Source of the DNA: a virus
Lineage: Duplodnaviria; Caudoviricetes
IMG/VR virus record: IMGVR_UViG_3300011335_000402
Coordinates: 1 to 61,446 of that record
Reading direction: 5' to 3' (one strand)
Length of the DNA stretch: 61,446 bases
Each line of letters starts with the position of its first letter. Position 1 is the first letter of the stretch. The position numbers and the translations under genes are program-made. Positions 18,368 through 27,809 of the stretch are shown here, piece after piece. Under the pieces are notes generated by a model that searched no databases, was not told the DNA's origin, and saw only the letters and a list, made by a program, of their open reading frames with translations.

Positions 18368-18423
18368 TTTTAAAAAACCGTGTCATTTTCCCTACTCAGG
18401 TAGGCAAACGAAGGAGCAAGATA

Positions 18424-19014
18424 ATGAGCAGACTGACCAAGGGTATCCGCGAAGACATGGCCCGCAAGCTGGTGGCGCACCGCTACACAGACGAGGCCAA
18501 GGAGTTGGTGCGGCTCAACCGCACACTGGCCGAGCGAGCCTACAACCACTGCTACACGCCCGAGATCGTCGCGGCGATGGAGACTATCGAGAAGGCGTTC
18601 CCCAAGGTTTTCGATAACCACACGCCGTTCAACGTCAATGCCGGGGGGTTCACCGTCATACTGGGCGGATTTGTCCGTAACCGCTGGGTCCGTGTGGAGC
18701 AGCTTACGCCGACCCCTTTCCGACTCGCTTCGTATAAGAGCCATGACATCAGTCGTGATGAGAAGCTGACCGAGGAGATTAAGGCGTTCGCCATCCGACG
18801 CGATGCGTTCAACAATGTGTGTGAGACCGCCTACCATGAGGCACTCTCCGTGCTCAACACCATGACGACCGGCAAGAAGCTGGCCGAGGCATGGCCGGAG
18901 GCAATGCCGGTGATCGGTGACCTCATCCCCGAGGACCAACGCACCCTACCCGTGGTGCAGGTCTCCGCTATCAACGCCAAGTTCGGCTTGCCGCCTGAGG
19001 CCAAGGCCGCTTGA
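18424..19014 (+). CDS. Nmad5-like (nucleotide-modification-associated domain 5) protein
   Basis: MSRLTK.IRE N-terminus and TTGKKLAEAWPEA C-terminus. Confidence 0.6.
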   Translation: MSRLTKGIREDMARKLVAHRYTDEAKELVRLNRTLAERAYNHCYTPEIVAAMETIEKAFPKVFDNHTPFNVNAGGFTVILGGFVRNRWVRVEQLTPTPFRLASYKSHDISRDEKLTEEIKAFAIRRDAFNNVCETAYHEALSVLNTMTTGKKLAEAWPEAMPVIGDLIPEDQRTLPVVQVSAINAKFGLPPEAKAA

Positions 19015-19039
19015 CATTATTATTACATTGTGCTACATA
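19011..19039 (+). promoter_or_regulatory. Early sigma70-like promoter
   Basis: TTGACA-17 bp-TACATA; similar to the 17046 promoter. Confidence 0.7.
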
Positions 19040-19118
19040 ATAATCAACGGCGGGGGTCCAACCCCGCCACAAGCCCTTCCCTACTCGGGTAGGCAAACCA
19101 CAACCAAGGAGCAATCAC

Positions 19119-20195
19119 ATGTCGAATATCAATATCAACTCGCGCCTCTCGCTGCGCGAAGCCGCTGAACTTATCGCTGCTATCGGCACCACCAACCGCA
19201 TCCTGCTCAGGGGTGAGAAGGGCATCGGTAAGTCTGCCCTCATGAAGATACTGCCCGAGTTCCTCGGCCCTGACTACGAGTATTCCTACTTCGATATGGG
19301 CAACAAGTCCGAGGGCGACACCGCCATCCCTTACCCCGACAAGGAGCGCAAGGTGATGGAGTTCTTCGTCAACGCAGGTCTCAAGCTGCATCTGGGCAAG
19401 CCGGTCGTCATCATGCTCGACGAGTTCGGCAAGGCATCGCGTTCCATCCAGAACATGATGCACCCACTGTTGGAGATCAACAACCCACGCCTTGGCGATA
19501 TGCCGCTACCCAAAGGCAGCATCGTCTTCCTGACATCCAACCTGACGGAAGAGGGTATTGGCGACATCTTCCTCGACCACACGCTCGACCGCCTGACTGT
19601 GGTCGAAGTGCGCAAGTCAGACGCCGACGAGTGGCTGCTGTGGGGTGCCGAGAACAACATCCACCCAGCTATGCTGGCATGGGTCAAACAGACGCCTACC
19701 GTGCTGGCTTCCTTCCGTGACGCGGACTTCGATGTTGACAACCCCTACGTCTATAACCCCAAGCGCGTGCAGGGTAAGTTCATCACACCGCGCTCGCTCG
19801 AACTGGGGTCCAACATCGTTTGGCAGCGCGACAAGATCAGCCAGAACGCATTGCTCTGCGCGCTTGTCGGCACGATTGGTAACGCTGGGGCCAACGACCT
19901 CACCTCTTACCTCGCCTATCAGGACGACATCCCGACGCGTGACGCTATCATCAACACGCCTGAGCAAGCCGCTATCCCTGTCTCTGTAGGGGCAATCATC
20001 ACACTGCTGTTCAACCTCGAACGTGCTGTGACGGAAGAAACCATTACCCCGATCATGAAGTATATCAGCCGTCTCGACGCCGAGCATCAGGCGGTGTTCT
20101 GCACCACCCTCGCCCGGTCGCCATCCAAGCAGAAGGTCGCGTTCCGTAACGCAGCCTTCACCACATGGGCACGTGAGAATCAGGACATCCTCTGA
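19119..20195 (+). CDS. MoxR-like AAA+ ATPase
   Basis: Walker A GEKGIGKS, Walker B IMLDEF, TSN sensor, TPRS motif; near the VWA gene. Confidence 0.88.
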   Translation: MSNININSRLSLREAAELIAAIGTTNRILLRGEKGIGKSALMKILPEFLGPDYEYSYFDMGNKSEGDTAIPYPDKERKVMEFFVNAGLKLHLGKPVVIMLDEFGKASRSIQNMMHPLLEINNPRLGDMPLPKGSIVFLTSNLTEEGIGDIFLDHTLDRLTVVEVRKSDADEWLLWGAENNIHPAMLAWVKQTPTVLASFRDADFDVDNPYVYNPKRVQGKFITPRSLELGSNIVWQRDKISQNALLCALVGTIGNAGANDLTSYLAYQDDIPTRDAIINTPEQAAIPVSVGAIITLLFNLERAVTEETITPIMKYISRLDAEHQAVFCTTLARSPSKQKVAFRNAAFTTWARENQDIL

Positions 20196-20254
20196 CCCTC
20201 GGATGGTTTCCCTACTCAGGTAGGGAAACCGTTCACCCATCTAGGAGCAAACCA

Positions 20255-20434
20255 ATGCCAAGAGCATACGTTAGGAAAAAAGATGGTGTGGTCAAATACC
20301 GCAACATCACTGTCGACGCCGACATCGTCGCCATCCTGAACCAGAAATCGGTCGACCTCGAAGCGACCCTTGGGTTCAAGCCGACCATCTCGCAGACCAT
20401 GCGTTACCTCCTCAAGAAGGAATTGAGCCAATGA
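20255..20434 (+). CDS. Small putative ribbon-helix-helix protein (59 aa, absent from ORF track)
   Basis: AGGAGCAAAC RBS; RNITVDADIVAILNQ...GFKPTISQTMRYLL; ATGA coupling. Confidence 0.6.
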   Translation: MPRAYVRKKDGVVKYRNITVDADIVAILNQKSVDLEATLGFKPTISQTMRYLLKKELSQ

Positions 20435-21282
20435 GCATTTCATCCTCGGCCATGTTGGTCGAACTCAACATCTCGGTGTGGACCGCCAACAAGGTGGACA
20501 AGGTAGCGAGCCGCAAGGTCGCCGACGACAACAACGCTGGCTGGGATGCTGGTCAGTTCCGCAAGAACCTCATGGCTGGCAGCACGATGCGCAAGCAGAT
20601 CGCTGACTACGCTGCTGGCTGTCGCCTGTGGCACAACACCCGCACCATGCCGTGGGCTGATCGCGGCCCTCGCCTTCTGCCTACGTCGCTATTCTTTGAC
20701 TACAAGACCGAGGCATCTGCGCGTCAGGACTTCTTCCTCGACCTCGTGAACCGTTTCGAGGCGGAGTATCCCGCGCTGCAAAGCACCGCCAAGAACTACC
20801 TCGGCGCGCTGTTTGACCCGGCTGACTACCCCAGTGTCGAAGAGATGCGGTCCAAGTTCGGCTTCCGTCTGGTGTTCTCACCAGTGCCGGAGGCGGGCGA
20901 CTTTCGCGTAGACCTACCGACGCAGGAGTTGGAGATAATGCGCGAACGCTACGAGCAGAACGCCAACGAGCGGGTTGCCAGCGCCATGCACGAGCAGTGG
21001 ACCAAGCTGCACGACATGGTGGAGCGTATGTCTGACAAGTTGATCGAGCCGGACGGCGACGATACCCGTCGCTGGCACGATACCTTCCTGACCAATGCGC
21101 ATGAACTATGCGCAATGCTGTCGCACCTCAACATCACCAAGGACCCCGAACTGGAGCAGGCCCGTCGCCAATTGGAGCGGGCTGTCGCTGGGGTTGAGAT
21201 CGGCGACATCAAAGAAAGTGCCGGTGTCCGCATCGACGTGAAGGACAAGCTGGACGCCATCCTCAAGCAATATAACTGGTAG
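20431..21282 (+). CDS. DUF3150-like protein
   Basis: LVELNISVW...TMPW..RGPRLLP...FDPADYP; typical neighbour of phage MoxR/VWA genes. Confidence 0.6.
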   Translation: MSISSSAMLVELNISVWTANKVDKVASRKVADDNNAGWDAGQFRKNLMAGSTMRKQIADYAAGCRLWHNTRTMPWADRGPRLLPTSLFFDYKTEASARQDFFLDLVNRFEAEYPALQSTAKNYLGALFDPADYPSVEEMRSKFGFRLVFSPVPEAGDFRVDLPTQELEIMRERYEQNANERVASAMHEQWTKLHDMVERMSDKLIEPDGDDTRRWHDTFLTNAHELCAMLSHLNITKDPELEQARRQLERAVAGVEIGDIKESAGVRIDVKDKLDAILKQYNW

Positions 21283-21293
21283 GAGCAAAGACC

Positions 21294-22190
21294 ATGTTTA
21301 TCGACGACATCAAGAACACCTACATCTACCTCGACACCCTCAAGCGCGTGGTGTGGGAAAACCCGAACGACCGCATCATCTCACGGGATTTGGCGGTGAC
21401 TGCACACCCAGCTATGTTGCCGCTGTTCCACCGGCTGCTGCGGGACCGCCCGACATGGCGGTTCAAATCGACTACTCCGGCGTATGCTAATACGACCCGT
21501 ATCGAGACCAAAGAGTTCCGCATCTACGACATCGACGAGGAGATCGGCACGGTCCGGGTTGAGTATCACTGGAGTAATCCAGAGCAGCCGCGCTACTACT
21601 TCTCCAACCATCGTCTCAAGTTGGTGCGCCAACGTCGGGGCGAACCCTACTCAACCAAGATTGAGGTTGCGGCCAAGCGCATCCTCAAGGCGTTCCACCT
21701 CAAGACCCCCTCCGAGCGTGCCTCCGAGGCGTTCCACTCGGTGCGCGGGGTAATATCCACCACCAACAGCAAGAGCTATTCGCGCATCTCCAGAGCGCGT
21801 CAGCAGATCGAGCGTGCAGCCTATGACTACGCTGCTAAGAACTGGGACTCGTTCGTCGCGCTCATCGGTGAGCCGGTCAAGGACTTGGACTACCCTGAGG
21901 TTCTACGGAACGCCGCAGAAGTTGCTGAGTTAGCAACTGCCCTCGCGGGACACACTGGCACACTCATCCGGCTGGAAGCCAACGACTCCTACATGGTTGC
22001 CCAATCGCAGGAAAGCGGCGGCTACATCGTGCGTCACTATAACGATGCGACGATGCCTGAGCACCTGCTCACACCGCTGGGTCTGCTTAAAATGGTCGAT
22101 GTCGGCACCTTCATCCCGGACATAGGCATACGTGCGGAGCATAGCCTGTTCTTCGCCCTACCCCAACCACAGGAGGAGGCCGGTGGCTGA
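21294..22190 (+). CDS. Hypothetical protein
   Basis: 298-aa ORF with AGGAGCAAA RBS. Confidence 0.8.
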   Translation: MFIDDIKNTYIYLDTLKRVVWENPNDRIISRDLAVTAHPAMLPLFHRLLRDRPTWRFKSTTPAYANTTRIETKEFRIYDIDEEIGTVRVEYHWSNPEQPRYYFSNHRLKLVRQRRGEPYSTKIEVAAKRILKAFHLKTPSERASEAFHSVRGVISTTNSKSYSRISRARQQIERAAYDYAAKNWDSFVALIGEPVKDLDYPEVLRNAAEVAELATALAGHTGTLIRLEANDSYMVAQSQESGGYIVRHYNDATMPEHLLTPLGLLKMVDVGTFIPDIGIRAEHSLFFALPQPQEEAGG

Positions 22191-22359
22191 ACGTCGAGGC
22201 CGGGGGCCGGGTAAACGACCGGCTATGAAGCATGTGTCCTTACGCATACCGCAGCACGTGGTTGACCATTTCGGTGGCGACATACGTGCCATGCGGGATG
22301 CGTGGGTGCGGCACGTCGAGAGCCTTCCCTACCCGAGTAGGGAAACGGGAGGCACTTGA
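22183..22359 (+). CDS. Small RHH protein resembling BrnA antitoxin DNA-binding domain
   Basis: RGRGPGK..MKHVSLRIPQHVVDHF; strong AGGAGG RBS before GTG. Confidence 0.55.
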   Translation: MAERRGRGPGKRPAMKHVSLRIPQHVVDHFGGDIRAMRDAWVRHVESLPYPSRETGGT

Positions 22360-22405
22360 CAGAGTATAGTTGAGATGCAATCATCACAGCCAAGGAGCAA
22401 ACATC

Positions 22406-22768
22406 ATGGCAATGACCCCTGAGAAGAAGGTCAAACAGAAGGTCGTGTCCGCGCTTAACGCAGTGGGCGCATACCACTTCCCCCCTGCAACTGGCGGCTT
22501 TGGCCGCAGCGGGGTCCCCGACATTGTGGCCTGCATCAACGGGCACTTCCTCGCCATCGAGTGCAAGGCCGGAACCAACAAGCCGACCGCATTGCAGGTG
22601 CGTGAGATCGAGACCATCCGCGCCAACGGCGGCACCGCTCTGGTGGTCAACGAGCAGAACTTGGACATGCTTCCACCGTTGCTCGACCGCATAAAAAAGC
22701 GGGCAACTACCATCGAGGGCGGTGCCACTCTGCAACCTGCGGGTGAGCGCAATTACCAGAGCGAATGA
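22406..22768 (+). CDS. VRR-NUC family nuclease/resolvase
   Basis: TPEKKVK...GVPDIV...FLAIECKA...PTALQ. Confidence 0.85.
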   Translation: MAMTPEKKVKQKVVSALNAVGAYHFPPATGGFGRSGVPDIVACINGHFLAIECKAGTNKPTALQVREIETIRANGGTALVVNEQNLDMLPPLLDRIKKRATTIEGGATLQPAGERNYQSE

Positions 22769-22799
22769 CCGCCAGATACAAAATCAGAAGGAAAGAGCA

Positions 22800-22982
22800 A
22801 TGCGTAAAATTTCAATCGGCTTCGCCCTCGGGCTTCTTATCGGCACCACCGTGCCTGCGGCAGCAGCCCTCCTCGTGGGGTCAAACGGCTATCTGAACGG
22901 CTGGACCGTCACCAGCAACGGACGTGAGGTCTGCTACGCCCCCTATGTGTGGGTCGGCCTCCGCGAGATCGAGTGCAACTGA
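22800..22982 (+). CDS. Small exported protein
   Basis: Signal-peptide-like N-terminus with AxA site; two Cys. Confidence 0.6.
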   Translation: MRKISIGFALGLLIGTTVPAAAALLVGSNGYLNGWTVTSNGREVCYAPYVWVGLREIECN

Positions 22983-23824
22983 TGCAGCCGGGGCATTTCC
23001 TTACCGGGTTTTTGGATGCGCTACCGAACGCGCTGAAATACTATTCCAAAGACGATAGGATCGTGGCGACCGCAGTAGCGAAGTTGGCACGGTCCAGAGG
23101 TGTGGTTTTTACTGTCGACGGATATTCTAAACCGGAAGTCGATATAGAGGAGTGCTTCTGCAAAATCCCTCTGACACCGCCATACCCCATAACGGTATTG
23201 GAGTATGAGCTACCACCCCCAAAGAACCTTATAGCGCATAAAGCACCGCGCCCACGCGTACTGGTTGTTCAGCAAGAGGGTGAGGATGTAGTGCTTATAC
23301 CCATAGAGTATTATCATGAGGGGGACGTAGGCTGGATACCCCCGTATGCCATGTTTAAGATTAGTAGGGACGGGGATGCCCCTGTGTCTATTGCCCCCTT
23401 GCTAAACAACTCGTTTGCGAAAGCGCAGGAGCTTATGACGGGGGAAAATCGCGATATTAATGATGTCATGTCAAACGTAATGATCGCGGACCTCGCTACA
23501 TATGCCGAGTTTTGCCGAACCTTGCATGAACATGAGGTCACTTTCGCCGAAGTGGTACCGGACGCAGCCAAGAACCGTATGCGCCGCGCTCGGGGTAAGG
23601 CTCCACTGTTCACCTACAAGGTGCTGACCATCGGTAAGAAGAAGCGGAAGTCGCGGCATCTGGGGGGCACACATGCCTCCCCGCGCAGCCATCTGCGCAG
23701 GGGCTATTACCGCACGAGCAGGAACGGTGTGCGCCACTGGGTGCAGCCGTGCATGGTCAAGGGCGACACGGACGGGTTCGTCCACAAAGACTATAAGGTA
23801 GAGGGGCAAGCCCAATGCAGCTAA
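22982..23824 (+). CDS. Hypothetical protein with basic C-terminal HxRRG motif
   Basis: GGTHASPRSHLRRGYYR...WVQPCMVKG. Confidence 0.75.
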   Translation: MQPGHFLTGFLDALPNALKYYSKDDRIVATAVAKLARSRGVVFTVDGYSKPEVDIEECFCKIPLTPPYPITVLEYELPPPKNLIAHKAPRPRVLVVQQEGEDVVLIPIEYYHEGDVGWIPPYAMFKISRDGDAPVSIAPLLNNSFAKAQELMTGENRDINDVMSNVMIADLATYAEFCRTLHEHEVTFAEVVPDAAKNRMRRARGKAPLFTYKVLTIGKKKRKSRHLGGTHASPRSHLRRGYYRTSRNGVRHWVQPCMVKGDTDGFVHKDYKVEGQAQCS

Positions 23825-25635
23825 TCACCATCGACTTCGAGACCTACTACGACCGGGCTTTCAGCCTGTCCAAGATGACGACTGAGGAGTATATCCGCGA
23901 CCCTCTGTTTGAGACTATCGGCGTAGCTGTGAAGGTCGGCGACGGCGAGACACAGTGGTTCTCCGGCCCCAAGACGCAGATCAAGCGGTGGCTGGACCAG
24001 TTCGACTGGGGTAACAGCGTAGCCATAGCCCACAATGCTATGTTCGATATGGCCATCCTCAACTGGCACTTCGACATCCGCCCCAAGCGTATCGCTGACA
24101 CGCTGTCCATGCTGCGCGCACTGGACGGACCCGACGCCGGGAATAGTCTGGCCAAAGCCGCCGAGCGTTATGGGCTGGGGGTCAAGGGCACCGAGGTAGT
24201 CAACGCGCTAGGTAAAGGGCGACTGGACTTCACCAAGGAAGAACTGGGCCGCTACGGCGACTACTGCATCAACGACGTGGACCTCACCTACGACCTGTTC
24301 CACAAGCTGCTGCCCATGTTCCCACTGGTGGAGTTGAAGCTAGTGGACCTGACCATCCGCATGTTCACCGAGCCTGTGTTGGAACTGGATGCCTCCGCGC
24401 TCACCGAGCATCTCAAGGATGTGCAGCGTAAGAAGAACGACCTGCTGGGTAAGGCATTGATCTCCAAGGACAATCTCATGTCCAACCCCCAGTTGGCCGA
24501 GACCCTGCGCCACCTTGGGGTCGAGCCGCCCATGAAAATCAGCCCGACAACGGGCAAGGAGACCTATGCCTTCGCCAAGAACGACGAGGAGTTCAAGGCG
24601 CTACTGGAACACGAGGACCCCATCGTGCAAGCCATTGTGGCTGCGCGGCTAGGGGTGAAGTCCACACTGGAGGAGACACGCACCGAGCGGTTCATCGGTA
24701 TCGCCAACCGGGGCACTCTGCCCATACCCCTACGCTATTATGCAGCGCACACTGGGCGGTGGGGTGGTGACGATAAGGTCAACATGCAGAACCTGCCACG
24801 CAAGTCGCCGCTCAAGAAAGCGGTTAAAGCCCCCGCTGGGTATACGTTCATCGACTGTGACTCGTCGCAGATCGAAGCGCGCACCTTGGCGTGGCTGGCT
24901 GGGCAGCACGACCTTGTGGCAGCGTTCGACGCCGGGGAAGACGTCTACAAGATCATGGCGAGCGCCATCTATGGGGTGCCGGTCGAGGAGGTCACGGACG
25001 ACCAACGGTTCGTGGGTAAGACCACCATCCTTGGTGCCGGTTACGGTATGGGGCACGTCAAGTTCCAAGCGCAGTTGAAGACCTTCGGGGTCGATATGCC
25101 CTTGGCCGAGTGCAAGCGCATCATCACCGTCTACCGTGAAACCTACCCTATGATTCCGCTGCTGTGGCGGGCGGCGGGTGACGCGCTGGACGCCATGGCC
25201 AACAACCAGACCACGCCGCTCGGGTGCTACGGTGTCCTACAGGTACGTGGGTATGAGGGAATCTTGCTGCCCAACGGGCTGCGGCTTTCCTACCCCGGCC
25301 TACGCTATGTGCAGACCCCAGAGGGTAAGTCCGAGATGGTCTACGACCAGAAGAAGGGTCGGGCGGTGCTCCAGTCGCGCATCTATGGGGGGAAGTTGGT
25401 GGAGAATATTTGCCAAGCCCTCGCCCGCATTGTGATCGGTGAGCAGATGCTGATGATCGCACGACGGCTACGTGTCGTCATGACGGTGCATGACGCTGTC
25501 GGGTCACTTGCCCCTACGGAAGAAGCAGAAGAGGCCCGTGCCTACGTCGAGGCATGTATGCGCATCCGCCCCAAATGGGCGCGGCTGCTACCACTGAACT
25601 GTGAGAGCAAGATGGGAGCCAGCTATGGCGGATAA
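23815..25635 (+). CDS. polA: DNA polymerase family A with 3'-5' exonuclease
   Basis: Exo DFET/AHNAMFD/YCINDV; HTGRW; motif A DSSQIEAR; motif B RFVGKTTILGAGYG; motif C VHD. Confidence 0.95.
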   Translation: MQLITIDFETYYDRAFSLSKMTTEEYIRDPLFETIGVAVKVGDGETQWFSGPKTQIKRWLDQFDWGNSVAIAHNAMFDMAILNWHFDIRPKRIADTLSMLRALDGPDAGNSLAKAAERYGLGVKGTEVVNALGKGRLDFTKEELGRYGDYCINDVDLTYDLFHKLLPMFPLVELKLVDLTIRMFTEPVLELDASALTEHLKDVQRKKNDLLGKALISKDNLMSNPQLAETLRHLGVEPPMKISPTTGKETYAFAKNDEEFKALLEHEDPIVQAIVAARLGVKSTLEETRTERFIGIANRGTLPIPLRYYAAHTGRWGGDDKVNMQNLPRKSPLKKAVKAPAGYTFIDCDSSQIEARTLAWLAGQHDLVAAFDAGEDVYKIMASAIYGVPVEEVTDDQRFVGKTTILGAGYGMGHVKFQAQLKTFGVDMPLAECKRIITVYRETYPMIPLLWRAAGDALDAMANNQTTPLGCYGVLQVRGYEGILLPNGLRLSYPGLRYVQTPEGKSEMVYDQKKGRAVLQSRIYGGKLVENICQALARIVIGEQMLMIARRLRVVMTVHDAVGSLAPTEEAEEARAYVEACMRIRPKWARLLPLNCESKMGASYGG

Positions 25636-26062
25636 TGTTCATCCGGCGGTCGTGCTGATCGTCGAGCGCATGAAGAGTCACCCTGAGGAGTTCATGGTAG
25701 GGTTAGAGCCACCGGGGCAGCTAGGTGCCGTGCAGCCGCGCTGGGGCAAGCTACTGGGGCGTATGGACCCATGGTTGACGCCCGCAGACAGGGCTTATCT
25801 TGACCAGCACTTTAGGGCGTTGGCCATGGAGCGCATTCACCACGACATACTGGATGAACTGCTTAACGGTCCCTCCCGCAGACAGGAACAGGAGGAAAAA
25901 ATGCAGGCCATACTCACGCAAAAGCTGGCGAGCGTTCAGCAGCAGCAATTAGCTTCGGACTCGCAAAACTGGACCTACACCTCCGTATCCGGCCCCGGAC
26001 TTAGGACCACTGGCCCTGACGCCACCACAATTCTAGACGAACTATGGGGTATCAGGCGGTGA
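25625..26062 (+). CDS. Hypothetical protein
   Basis: Start MADNVHP; ERMKSHPEEF motif; coupled to polA. Confidence 0.65.
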   Translation: MADNVHPAVVLIVERMKSHPEEFMVGLEPPGQLGAVQPRWGKLLGRMDPWLTPADRAYLDQHFRALAMERIHHDILDELLNGPSRRQEQEEKMQAILTQKLASVQQQQLASDSQNWTYTSVSGPGLRTTGPDATTILDELWGIRR

Positions 26063-26529
26063 GTACGAAGCGAGGGTTTTTGACCGAACTTCGTGCCATC
26101 TGGCAGGGAGTTATCGGTGACGAGGGGGGTCACTGCCCCTGCTGCGATAGGTGGGGGAAGATTTATCCGCGCAGCCTCAACGAAACCATGGCGCGGTCGC
26201 TAATCTGGCTGGCGCACCATAGTGCCACTGGGGACTGGGTTGACGTACCCAAGCACGCACCACGCTGGCTAGTTCGGTCCAACCAACTACCGACCCTACG
26301 GTGGTGGGGGCTGGTCGAGCGCCTTGAAACCGAGGACAAGACAAAGAAACATTCGGGCCTGTGGCGGGCCACCCAGCGCGGCCACCTGTTCGCCCAGAAC
26401 CGCCTACGGGTACCAAAGAAGGTCTACACCTACAATGCCAAGGTCGAAGGCTTCGGCGAGGAGCAGGTGGCGATCAAGGACTGCATTGAGAGTTTTGACT
26501 ACAGCGACGTAATGAGGAGTAACACATGA
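26044..26529 (+). CDS. Hypothetical protein (CxxC, possible winged helix)
   Basis: CPCC...LRWWGLVE...SGLWRAT; start may be GTG 26059. Confidence 0.7.
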   Translation: MGYQAVSTKRGFLTELRAIWQGVIGDEGGHCPCCDRWGKIYPRSLNETMARSLIWLAHHSATGDWVDVPKHAPRWLVRSNQLPTLRWWGLVERLETEDKTKKHSGLWRATQRGHLFAQNRLRVPKKVYTYNAKVEGFGEEQVAIKDCIESFDYSDVMRSNT

Positions 26530-27125
26530 CCGAATACCAATTTACAAAAGACTGGTTCAGCCAAGCACCAGAGGTGTGGAAGCGGCTTACCCCCCTCCTG
26601 CCGGGTGATCCGGGTAGACGCCATTTCCTTGAGATCGGCTCTTTCGAGGGCCGCAGCGCGGTTTGGATTGCCGAGAACATGATGGTCGAGGGCGACGAGT
26701 TGCGCTGCATCGACACATGGAAGGGCGGTGAGGAGCACAGCGCCGAGGATATGGGGGCTGTCGAAGATCGGTTCCGGCACAACATTGTGCTGGCCGCTAA
26801 ACGCCTACCGAGCCGCCGCATTTTCCAGACCCCCGGTACATCTGTTCAGCGACTGGCAGAGTTTCAGGGTAAGAATGAGTTCGACTTCATCTACATCGAC
26901 GGGTCCCACATCGCCAAGGACGTGCTGACCGACGCCTGCATGGCGTGGCCGCTGCTCAAGTCCGGCGGTCTTATGGTGTTCGACGATTATCTGTGGGGTG
27001 ACCCGCGTGACGTCCTGCACCGCCCCAAGCTGGCGATTGACGCCTTTGCCAACATCTTTGCCGAGCAGTTGGATGTCATCCACGTCGGCTACCAGTTCGT
27101 AGTACGAAGGAAGGAGCAAATGTAA
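26526..27125 (+). CDS. Class I SAM-dependent methyltransferase (Methyltransf_24-like)
   Basis: LEIGSFEGRS, IDTW, FDFIYIDGSH, LKSGGLMVFDDY. Confidence 0.9.
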   Translation: MTEYQFTKDWFSQAPEVWKRLTPLLPGDPGRRHFLEIGSFEGRSAVWIAENMMVEGDELRCIDTWKGGEEHSAEDMGAVEDRFRHNIVLAAKRLPSRRIFQTPGTSVQRLAEFQGKNEFDFIYIDGSHIAKDVLTDACMAWPLLKSGGLMVFDDYLWGDPRDVLHRPKLAIDAFANIFAEQLDVIHVGYQFVVRRKEQM

Positions 27126-27634
27126 TGGCTGCATACCCCCTCTACAAAGAGATCATAGACACCCTGCGCATGATGCCGAACCGTACGGGGCAGGAGTTGA
27201 TGGATGCTTTACCCCATATCAAAAGGTCGACCATGTACTCAGCATTGAGCACCCTGCGCAACAACGACGCTATCACCATTTCCGGGCAGGACCCCCAGTT
27301 CCTAGGGCCGGATGGTGAGCCGACAAAAATGATCAACCGCTACTCTGCTACCGACAAGCCCTTTCCAAAGCGCAAACCGCCGAAGCGCCAAGGGTATAAG
27401 GGAATCGCTAATGCGCTCAAGGATCAGGTAGCGGAACTACAGCGGTGGAAGGCCAATGCCATCAGGCAGTATCCTGACCTCGCCGTGCCCTCCTCGGTGC
27501 TCAAAGCCCGTAAGGTAGTTGCGGATGAAGTTGCCGCCACTGGCGACTCTGCACTGGCAGATCAGATCAGGCGCGGGGACCAAGACAACTCCCTCATGAT
27601 GCGGGTGACCATCAAGGTTATGGAAGGAAAGTGA
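27125..27634 (+). CDS. Hypothetical protein with possible N-terminal winged HTH
   Basis: TGQEL..ALP.IKRSTMYSALSTL pattern. Confidence 0.6.
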   Translation: MAAYPLYKEIIDTLRMMPNRTGQELMDALPHIKRSTMYSALSTLRNNDAITISGQDPQFLGPDGEPTKMINRYSATDKPFPKRKPPKRQGYKGIANALKDQVAELQRWKANAIRQYPDLAVPSSVLKARKVVADEVAATGDSALADQIRRGDQDNSLMMRVTIKVMEGK

Positions 27635-27635
27635 C

Positions 27636-27809
27636 ATGCCGGACTATGGTTTGTTCCTTATCTCGTTCGTGCTCGGTGGGTTTACCCACTGGGTGTGGTC
27701 CCTCAAGACCATTGGTGACTTGAAGCGCACCAACGAGCGACTCAACGATGCGGTGACCACCCTCACCAGCCGTGACGAAAGCGGTCGCTTCAACGGCAAG
27801 CGTCGATGA
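27636..27809 (+). CDS. Small membrane protein (57 aa)
   Basis: Manual translation MPDYGLFLISFVLGG...RDESGRF; ATGA coupling with next gene. Confidence 0.6.
   Translation: MPDYGLFLISFVLGGFTHWVWSLKTIGDLKRTNERLNDAVTTLTSRDESGRFNGKRR

Larger units (their letters stand above)
10638..22345. repeat. Dispersed 22-bp palindrome TTTCCCTAC-N4-GTAGG(G/C)AAA, 12 copies
   Basis: Copies start at 10638, 10676, 11773, 12843, 13224, 14135, 15686, 17109, 18387, 19076, 20207, 22324. Confidence 0.95.

Noticed and set aside
10638-22345. 22-bp palindromes as intrinsic terminators or REP elements
   Set aside because: No downstream U-tract in the sense direction, often between promoter and RBS, and no RAYT/transposase gene present
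23815-25635. DpoZ/modified-base replication system
   Set aside because: No purZ or other base-modification pathway genes recognised in the window
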